Positions 1 through 9,600 of a stretch of 64,000 bases of DNA are shown here, one piece after another. The position numbers and the translations under genes are program-made. This DNA is from Utricularia gibba. Lineage: Eukaryota > Plantae > Magnoliophyta. Position 1 is the stretch's first letter. Every line of letters starts with the position of its first letter. Location: positions 1 to 64,000 of the forward strand of contig NEEC01000195.1 of NCBI GenBank assembly GCA_002189035.1, written 5' to 3'. Below the pieces are notes generated by a model that was not told the DNA's origin, did not search any database, and was given only the letters and a program-made list of their open reading frames with translations.

Positions 1-312
1 ACTTTATACTTGAGGAGGCGGTCTTGGGTGCACTTGGAACCGGAAAAAGATCAGCTTAGGCCTTGGCCCAAAGTAAGTTGTAGCCCGGCAAAGAAAGTGA
101 TGTATTTATTAACGTTCGGTTTTCGGTGTTGCCTACATGGTTTTTCAAGGAACAGCTTCTCGTTTTGTGGCGGCCAGTCTCGCTAGGAACTTGGTCCGGG
201 CCCGCGATTCTTTATGGCTCATGAGGACAAAAGGATGCAAATCGATGAATACAATGTTGCATTTGTTTAAATTGCGATATCACGTGCACCCACATGATTT
301 TTTCAACAACTT
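1..312 (+). repeat. Type A monomer (exemplar)
   Basis: Diagnostic alleles: CACTTGGAACCGGAAAAAGATCAGCTTAGGCCTTGGCCCAAAGTAAG, TAGCCC, AAAGAAAG, TTAACG, CGGTGTTGCC, GAACAGC, CTAGG, CCGGGCCCGCG, TTCTTT, GGACAAAAGG, GATGAATACAATGTTGC, TTGCGATATC. Dozens of near-identical copies occur across the window. Confidence 0.97.
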
Positions 313-343
313 ACTTTATACTTGAGCAGGCGGTCTTTGGGTG
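32..343 (+). repeat. Internal two-subunit structure of the monomer (diverged ~157 + ~155 bp halves)
   Basis: Five short anchors recur at an offset of exactly 157 bp in unit 1: ACTTGG 32/189, GAT 49/206, GGC 59/216, TGATGTATTT/TGTTGCATTT 98/255, ACATGGTTTTTCAA/ACATGATTTTTTCAA 135/292. GGCGG (17/169) recurs at 152 bp. Confidence 0.7.
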
Positions 344-625
344 CACCTGGAACGGGACAAAGGTAAGGTTTGGCTTGCACGAGAGTTAGTTGTAGTCCGG
401 CAAATAAAGTGATGTATTTATTATCGTTCGGTTTTCGGGGGCTGCCTACATGGTTTTTCAAGGAACCGCTTCTCGTTTGTGGCGGCCAGTCTCGCTGGGA
501 ACTTGGTCCTTGACCCCGATTCTGTATGGCTCATGAGGTCAACTGGATGCAAATCGATTAAAAAAAATGATCCATTTGTTTAAATTACGATGTCACGTGC
601 ACCCCACATGATTTTTTTAACAACT
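313..625 (+). repeat. Type B monomer (exemplar)
   Basis: Diagnostic alleles: GAGCAGG, CACCTGGAACGGGACAAAGGTAAGGTTTGGCTTGCACGAGAGTTAG, TAGTCC, AAATAAAG, TTATCG, CGGGGGCTGCC, GAACCGC, CTGGG, CCTTGACCCCG, TTCTGT, GGTCAACTGG, GATTAAAAAAAATGAT, TTACGATGTC. About 40 differences from A, counted by eye. Confidence 0.97.
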
Positions 626-3600
626 ACTTTATACTTGAGGAGGCGGTCTTGGGGGCACTTGGAACCGGAAAAAGATCAGCTTAGGCCTTGGCCAAAGTAA
701 GTTGTAGCCCGGCAAAGAAAGTGATGTATTTATTAACGTTCGGTTTTCGGTGTTGCCTACATGGTTTTTCAAGGAACAGCTTCTCGTTTTGTGGCGGCCA
801 GTCTCGCTAGGAACTTGGTCCGGGCCCGCGATTCTTTATGGCTCATGAGGACAAAAGGATGCAAATCGATGAATACAATGTTGCATTTGTTTAAATTGCG
901 ATATCACGTGCACCCACATGATTTTTTCAACAACTTACTTTACTTGAGAAGGCGGTCTTTGGGTGCACTTGGAACGGAAAAGGTCAGGTTAGGCTTGCCC
1001 AAAGTAGTTGTAGCCCGGCAAATAAAGTGATGTATTTATTATCGTTCGGTTTCGGGGCTGCCTACATGGTTTTTCAAGGAACGCTTCTCGTTTTGTGGCG
1101 GCCAGTCTCGCTGGGAACTTGGTCCCCCCGATTCTGTATGGCTCATGAGGTCAACTGGATGCAAATCGATTAAAAAAATGATGCATTTGTTTAAATTACG
1201 ATGTCACGTGCACCCACATGATTTTTTCAACAACTTACTTTATACTTGAGAAGGCGGTCTTGGGTGCACTTGGAACCGGAAAAAGATCAGCTTAGGCTTG
1301 GCCCAAAGTAAGTTGTAGCCCGGCAAAGAAAGTGATGTATTTATTAACGTTCGGTTTTCGGTGTTGCCTACATGGTTTTTCAAGGAACAGCTTCTCGTTT
1401 TGTGGCGGCCAGTCTCGCTAGGAACTTGGTCCGGGCCCGCGATTCTTTATGGCTCATGAGGACAAAAGGATGCAAATCGATGAATACAATGTTGCATTTG
1501 TTTAAATTGCGATATCACGTGCACCCCACATGATTTTTTCAACAACTTACTTTATACTTGAGAAGGCGGTCTTTGGGTGCACTTGGAACGGAAAAAGGTA
1601 GCTTAGGCTTGGCCAAAGTAGTTGTAGCCCGGCAAAGAAAGTGATGTATTTATTAACGTTCGGTTTTTCGGGTTGCCTACATGGTTTTTCAAGGAACGCT
1701 TCTCGTTTTGTGGCGGCCAGTCTCGCTGGAACTTGGTCCGGCCCGATTCTTATGGCTCATGAGGTCAACTGGATGCAAATCGATGAATAAAATGATGCAT
1801 TTGTTTAAATTACGATATCACGTGCACCCCACATGATTTTTTCAACAACTTACTTTATACTTGAGAAGGCGGTCTTTGGGTGCACTTGGAACCGGAAAAG
1901 ATCAGCTTAGGCCTTGGCCCAAAGTAAGTTGTAGCCCGGCAAAGAAAGTGATGTATTTATTAACGTTCGGTTTTCGGTGTTGCCTACATGGTTTTTCAAG
2001 GAACAGCTTCTCGTTTTGTGGCGGCCAGTCTCGCTAGGAACTTGGTCCGGGCCCGCGATTCTTTATGGCTCATGAGGACAAAAGGATGCAAATCGATGAA
2101 TACAATGTTGCATTTGTTTAAATTGCGATATCACGTGCACCCCACGATTTTTTTGCAACGAGAAGGCGGTCTTTGGGTGCACTGGAACGGAAAAAAGATC
2201 AGCTTAGGCTTGGCCCAAAGTAAGTTGTAGCCCGGCAAAGAAAGTGATGTATTTATTAACGTTCGGTTTTCGGGGGTTGCCTACATGGTTTTTCAAGGAA
2301 CAGCTTCTCGTTTTGTGGCGGCCAGTCTCGCTAGGAACTTGGTCCGGGCCCGCGATTCTTTATGGCTCATGAGGACAATGGATGCAAATCGATGAAAAAA
2401 ATGATGCATTTGTTTAAATTACGATATCACGTGCACCCACATGATTTTTTTCAACAACTTACTTTATACTTGAGAAGGCGGTCTTTGGGTGCACTTGGAA
2501 CCGGAAAAAGGTCAGCTTAGGCCTTGGCCCAAAGTAAGTTGTAGCCCGCAAAGAAAGTGATGTATTTATTAACGTTCGGTTTTCGGTGTTGCCTACATGG
2601 TTTTTCAAGGAACAGCTTCTCGTTTTGTGGCGGCCAGTCTCGCTAGGAACTTGGTCCGGGCCCGCGATTCTTTATGGCTCATGAGGACAAAAGGATGCAA
2701 ATCGATGAATACAATGTTGCATTTGTTTAAATTGCGATATCACGTGCACCCCACATGATTTTTTCAACAACTTACTTTATACTTGAGGAGGCGGTCTTTG
2801 GGTGCACTGGAACGGAAAAAGGTCAGCTTAGGCCTTGGCCCAAAGTAGTTGTAGCCCGGCAAAAAAGTGATGTATTTATTAACGTTCGGTTTTCGGGTTG
2901 CCTACATGGTTTTTCAAGGAACCGCTTCTCGTTTTGTGGCGGCCAGTCTCGCTAGGAACTTGGTCCGGGCCCCCGATTCTGTATGGCTCATGAGGTCAAC
3001 TGGATGCAAATCGATGAAAAAAAATGATGCATTTGTTTAAATTACGATGTCACGTGCACCCACATGATTTTTTTCAACAACTTACTTTATACTTGAGAAG
3101 GCGGTCTTTGGGTGCACTTGGAACCGGAAAAAGGTCAGCTTAGGCCTTGGCCCAAAGTAAGTTGTAGCCCGGCAAAGAAAGTGATGTATTTATTAACGTT
3201 CGGTTTTCGGGTTGCCTACATGGTTTTTCAAGGAACAGCTTCTCGTTTTGTGGCGGCCAGTCTCGCTAGGAACTTGGTCCGGGCCCGCGATTCTTTATGG
3301 CTCATGAGGACAAAAGGATGCAAATCGATGAATACAATGTTGCATTTGTTTAAATTGCGATATCACGTGCACCCCACATGATTTTTTCAACAACTTACTT
3401 TATACTTGAGCAGGCGGTCTTTGGGTGCACCTGGAACGGGACAAAGGTAAGGTTTGGCTTGCACGAGAGTTAGTTGTAGTCCGGCAAATAAAGTGATGTA
3501 TTTATTATCGTTCGGTTTTCGGGGCTGCCTACATGGTTTTTCAAGGAACCGCTTCTCGTTTTGTGGCGGCCAGTCTCGCTGGAACTTGGTCCTTGACCCC

Positions 3601-6600
3601 GATTCTGTATGGCTCATGAGGTCAACTGGATGCAAATCGATTAAAAAAATGATGCATTTGTTTAAATTACGATGTCACGTGCACCCACATGATTTTTTTA
3701 ACAACATACTTTATACTGAGAGGCGGTCTTGGGGGCACTTGGAACCGGAAAAAGATCAGCTTAGGCCTTGGCCCAAAGTAAGTTGTAGCCCGGCAAAGAA
3801 AGTGATGTATTTATTAACGTTCGGTTTTCGGTGTTGCCTACATGGTTTTTCAAGGAACAGCTTCTCGTTTTGTGGCGGCCAGTCTCGCTAGGAATTGGTC
3901 CGGGCCCGCGATTCTTTATGGCTCATGAGGACAAAAGGATGCAAATCGATGAATACAATGTTGCATTTGTTTAAATTGCGATATCACGTGCACCCCACAT
4001 GATTTTTTCAACAACTTACTTTATACTTGAGCAGGCGGTCTTTGGGTGCACTGGAACGGGACAAAGGTAAGGTTTGGCTTGCAGAGAGTTAGTTGTAGTC
4101 CGGCAAATAAAGTGATGTATTTATTATCGTTCGGTTTTCGGGGTGCCTACATGGTTTTTCAAGGAACCGCTTCTCGTTTGTGGCGGCCAGTCTCGCTGGG
4201 AACTTGGTCCTTGACCCCGATTCTGTATGGCTCATGAGGTCAACTGGATGCAAATCGATTAAAAAAAATGATGCATTTGTTTAAATTACGATGTCACGTG
4301 CACCCCACATGATTTTTTAACAACTACTTTATACTGAGGAGGCGGTCTTGGGGGCACTTGGAACCGGAAAAAGATCAGCTTAGGCCTTGGCCAAAGTAAG
4401 TTGTAGCCGGCAAAGAAAGTGATGTATTTATTAACGTTCGGTTTTCGGTGTTGCCTACATGGTTTTTCAAGGAACAGCTTCTCGTTTTGTGGCGGCCAGT
4501 CTCGCTAGGAACTTGGTCGGGCCCGCGATTCTTTATGGCTCATGAGGACAAAAGGATGCAAATCGATGAATACAATGTTGCATTTGTTTAAATTGCGATA
4601 TCACGTGCACCCCACATGATTTTTTCAACAACTTACTTTATACTTGAGAAGGCGGTCTTTGGGTGCACCTGGAACGGAAAAAGGTCAGCTTAGGCTTGGC
4701 AAGTAAGTTGTAGTCCGGCAAAGAAAGTGATGTATTTATTATCGTTCGGTTTTCGGGGCTGCCTACATGGTTTTTCAAGGAACCGCTTCTCGTTTTGTGG
4801 CGGCCAGTCTCGCTGGAACTTGGTCCGGGCCCCCGATTCTTTATGGCTCATGAGGTCAAAAGGATGCAAATCGATGAATACAATGATGCATTTGTTTAAA
4901 TTGCGATATCACGTGCACCCCACATGATTTTTTCAACAACTTACTTTATACTTGAGAAGGCGGTCTTTGGGTGCACTTGGAACCGGAAAAAGATCAGCTT
5001 AGGCCTTGGCCCAAAGTAAGTTGTAGCCCGGCAAAGAAAGTGATGTATTTATTAACGTTCGGTTTTCGGTGTTGCCTACATGGTTTTTCAAGGAACAGCT
5101 TCTCGTTTTGTGGCGGCCAGTCTCGCTAGGAACTTGGTCCGGGCCCGCGATTCTTTATGGCTCATGAGGACAAAGGATGCAAATCGATGAATACAATGTT
5201 GCATTTGTTTAAATTGCGATATCACGTGCACCCCACATGATTTTTTCAACAACTTACTTTATACTTGAGAAGGCGGTCTTTGGGTGCACTTGGAACCGGA
5301 AAAAGGTCAGCTTAGGCTTGGCCCAAAGTAAGTTGTAGCCCGGCAAATAAAGTGATGTATTTATTATCGTTCGGTTTTCGGGTTGCCTACATGGTTTTTC
5401 AAGGAACAGCTTCTCGTTTTGTGGCGGCCAGTCTCGCTGGAACTTGGTCCGGGCCCCGATTCTTTATGGCTCATGAGGTCAACTGGATGCAAATCGATGA
5501 AAAAATGATGCATTTGTTTAAATTGCGATATCACGTGCACCCACATGATTTTTTCAACAACTTACTTTATACTTGAGAAGGCGGTCTTTGGGTGCACTTG
5601 GAACCGGAAAAAGATCAGCTTAGGCCTTGGCCCAAAGTAAGTTGTAGCCCGGCAAAGAAAGTGATGTATTTATTAACGTTCGGTTTTCGGTGTTGCCTAC
5701 ATGGTTTTTCAAGGAACAGCTTCTCGTTTTGTGGCGGCCAGTCTCGCTAGGAACTTGGTCCGGGCCCCGATTCTTTATGGCTCATGAGGACAAAAGGATG
5801 CAAATCGATGAATACAATGTTGCATTTGTTTAAATTGCGATATCACGTGCACCCCACATTTTTTCAACAACTTACTTTATACTGAGTCTTTGGGTGCACT
5901 TGGAACGGAAAAAGTCAGCTTAGGCTTGGCCCAAAGTTGTAGCCCGGCAAAGAAAGTGATGTATTTATTAACGTTCGGTTTTCGGGGCCTACATGGTTTT
6001 TCAAGGAACAGCTTCTCGTTTTGTGGCGGCCAGTCTCGCTGGAACTTGGTCCGGGCCCCGATTCTTTATGGCTCATGAGGTCAAAAGGATGCAAATCGAT
6101 GAAACAATGATGCATTTGTTTAAATTGCGATATCACGTGCACCCCACATGATTTTTTCAACAACTTACTTTATACTGAGAGGCGGTCTTTGGGGCACTTG
6201 GAACCGGAAAAGATCAGCTTAGGCCTTGCCCAAAGTAAGTTGTAGCCCGGCAAAGAAAGTGATGTATTTATTAACGTTCGGTTTTCGGTGTTGCCTACAT
6301 GGTTTTTCAAGGAACAGCTTCTCGTTTTGTGGCGGCCAGTCTCGCTAGGAACTTGGTCCGGGCCCGCGATTCTTTATGGCTCATGAGGACAAAAGGATGC
6401 AAATCGATGAATACAATGTTGCATTTGTTTAAATTGCGATATCACGTGCACCCCACATGATTTTTTCAACAACTTACTTTATACTTGAGCAGGCGGTCTT
6501 TGGGTGCACCTGGAACGGGACAAAGGTAAGGTTTGGCTTGCACGAGAGTTAGTTGTAGTCCGGCAAATAAAGTGATGTATTTATTATCGTTCGGTTTTCG

Positions 6601-9600
6601 GGGGCTGCCTACATGGTTTTTCAAGGAACCGCTTCTCGTTTGTGGCGGCCAGTCTCGCTGGGAACTTGGTCCTTGACCCCGATTCTGTATGGCTCATGAG
6701 GTCAACTGGATGCAAATCGATTAAAAAAATGATCCATTTGTTTAAATTACGATGTCACGTGCACCCCACATGATTTTTTTAACAACATACTTTATACTGA
6801 GGAGGCGGTCTTGGGGGGCACTTGGAACCGGAAAAAGATCAGCTTAGGCCTTGGCCCAAAGTAAGTTGTAGCCCGGCAAAGAAAGTGATGTATTTATTAA
6901 CGTTCGGTTTTCGGTGTTGCCTATGGTTTTTCAAGGAACAGCTTCTCGTTTTGTGGCGGCCAGTCTCGCTAGGAACTTGGTCCGGGCCCGCGATTCTTTA
7001 TGGCTCATGAGGACAAAAGGATGCAAATCGATGAATACAATGTTGCATTTGTTTAAATTGCGATATCACGTGCACCCACATGATTTTTTCAACAACTTAC
7101 TTTATACTTGAGAAGGCGGTCTTTGGGTGCACTTGGAACGGAAAAGATCAGCTTAGGCTTGGCCCAAAGTAAGTTGTAGCCCGGCAAAGAAAGTGATGTA
7201 TTTATTAACGTTCGGTTTTCGGGTTGCCTACATGGTTTTTCAAGGAACCGCTTCTCGTTTTGTGGCGGCCAGTCTCGCTGGAACTTGGTCCGGGCCCCGA
7301 TTCTTTATGGCTCATGAGGTCAAAAGGATGCAAATCGATGAATAAATGTTGCATTTGTTTAAATTGCGATATCACGTGCACCCCACATGATTTTTTCAAC
7401 AACTTACTTTATACTTGAGAAGGCGGTCTTTGGGTGCACTTGGAACCGGAAAAAGGTCAGCTTAGGCCTTGGCCCAAAGTAAGTTGTAGCCCGGCAAAGA
7501 AAGTGATGTATTTATTAACGTTCGGTTTTCGGTGTTGCCTACATGGTTTTTCAAGGAACAGCTTCTCGTTTTGTGGCGGCCAGTCTCGCTAGGAACTTGG
7601 TCCGGGCCCCGATTCTTTATGGCTCATGAGGACAACTGGATGCAAATCGATGAAACAATGATGCATTTGTTTAAATTACGATATCACGTGCACCCCACAT
7701 GATTTTTTCAACAACTTACTTTACTTGAGAAGGCGGTCTTGGGCACTTGGAACCGGAAAAAGGTCAGCTTAGGCCTTGGCCCAAAGTAAGTTGTAGCCCG
7801 GCAAAGAAAGTGATGTATTTATTAACGTTCGGTTTTCGGTGTTGCCTACATGGTTTTTCAAGGAACAGCTTCTCGTTTTGTGGCGGCCAGTCTCGCTAGG
7901 AACTTGGTCCGGGCCCGCGATTCTTTATGGCTCATGAGGACAAAAGGATGCAAATCGATGAATACAATGTTGCATTTGTTTAAATTGCGATATCACGTGC
8001 ACCCCACATGATTTTTTCAACAACTTACTTTATACTTGAGGAGGCGGTCTTTGGGTGCACTTGGAACCGGAAAAAGGTCAGCTTAGGCTTGGCCAAAGTA
8101 AGTTGTAGCCCGGCAAAGAAAGTGATGTATTTATTAACGTTCGGTTTTCGGGTTGCCTACATGGTTTTTCAAGGAACAGCTTCTCGTTTTGTGGCGGCCA
8201 GTCTCGCTGGGAACTTGGTCCGGGCCCGATTCTGTATGGCTCATGAGGTCAACTGGATGCAAATCGATTAAAAAATGGCATTTGTTTAAATTACGATGTC
8301 ACGTGCACCCCACATGATTTTTTCAACAACTTACTTTATACTTGAGGAGGCGGTCTTTGGGGGCACTTGGAACCGGAAAAAGATCAGCTTAGGCCTTGGC
8401 CCAAAGTAAGTTGTAGCCCGGCAAAGAAAGTGATGTATTTATTAACGTTCGGTTTTCGGTGTTGCCTACATGGTTTTTCAAGGAACAGCTTCTCGTTTTG
8501 TGGCGGCCAGTCTCGCTAGGAACTTGGTCCGGGCCCGCGATTCTTTATGGCTCATGAGGACAAAAGGATGCAAATCGATGAATACAATGTTGCATTTGTT
8601 TAAATTGCGATATCACGTGCACCCCACATGATTTTTTCAACAACTTACTTTATACTTGAGAGGCGGTCTTTGGGTGCACCTGGAACGGGACAAAGGTAAG
8701 GTTTGGCTTGCAGAGTTAGTTGTAGTCCGGCAAATAAAGTGATGTATTTATTATCGTTCGGTTTTCGGGGGCTGCCTACATGGTTTTTCAAGGAACCGCT
8801 TCTCGTTTTGTGGCGGCCAGTCTCGCTGGGAACTTGGTCCTTGACCCCGATTCTGTATGGCTCATGAGGTCAACTGGATGCAAATCGATTAAAAAATGAT
8901 CCATTTGTTTAAATTACGATGTCACGTGCACCCACATGATTTTTTCAACAACTTACTTTATACTGAGAGGCGGTCTTTGGGGCACTTGGAACCGGAAAAA
9001 GATCAGCTTAGGCCTTGGCCCAAAGTAAGTTGTAGCCCGGCAAAGAAAGTGATGTATTTATTAACGTTCGGTTTTCGGTGTTGCCTACATGGTTTTTCAA
9101 GGAACAGCTTCTCGTTTTGTGGCGGCCAGTCGCTAGGAACTTGGTCCGGGCCCGCGATTCTTATGGCTCATGAGGACAAAAGGATGCAAATCGATGAATA
9201 CAATGTTGCATTTGTTTTAAATTGCGATATCACGTGCACCCCACATGATTTTTTCAACAACTTACTTTATACTTGAGAAGGCGGTCTTTGGGTGCACTTG
9301 GAACGGAAAAAGGTCAGCTTAGGCTTGGCCCAAAGTAGTTGTAGCCCGGCAAAGAAAGTGATGTATTTATTAACGTTCGGTTTTCGGGTTGCCTACATGG
9401 TTTTTCAAGGAACAGCTTCTCGTTTTGTGGCGGCCAGTCTCGCTGGAACTTGGTCCTTGCCCCGATTCTGTATGGCTCATGAGGTCAAGGATGCAAATCG
9501 ATGAAAAAATGGCATTTGTTTAAATTACGATATCACGTGCACCCCACATGATTTTTTCAACAACTTACTTTATACTTGAGAGGCGGTCTTTGGGTGCACT

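Noticed and set aside
14-110. Functional 5S rRNA gene array (the unit size is compatible with 5S rDNA)
   Set aside because: Similarity to 5S is fragmentary (~60-65% with large gaps), whereas real 5S genes are highly conserved over ~120 nt. It is kept only as a possible ancestry hypothesis in the findings.
90-125. Bacterial promoter or terminator-like AT-rich and T-tract motifs
   Set aside because: There is no downstream gene, no GC-rich stem before the T tracts, and the context is satellite DNA.
116-200. Assignment to a named satellite family such as maize CentC or rice CentO
   Set aside because: Only the ~156 bp subunit size and a few short words seem reminiscent from memory. I cannot support homology without an alignment, so no family or organism is called.
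44-320. Phased A/T tracts implying intrinsic curvature
   Set aside because: Some T tracts are 21-22 bp apart (~120, ~141, ~163), but the remaining tracts do not keep a consistent 10-11 bp phase by eye. A curvature calculation would be needed.
422-442. CENP-B box-like TTCGGTTTTCGGG in type B
   Set aside because: The spacing between TTCG and CGGG is 5 nt rather than the 7 nt with a central A required by TTCGNNNNANNCGGG.
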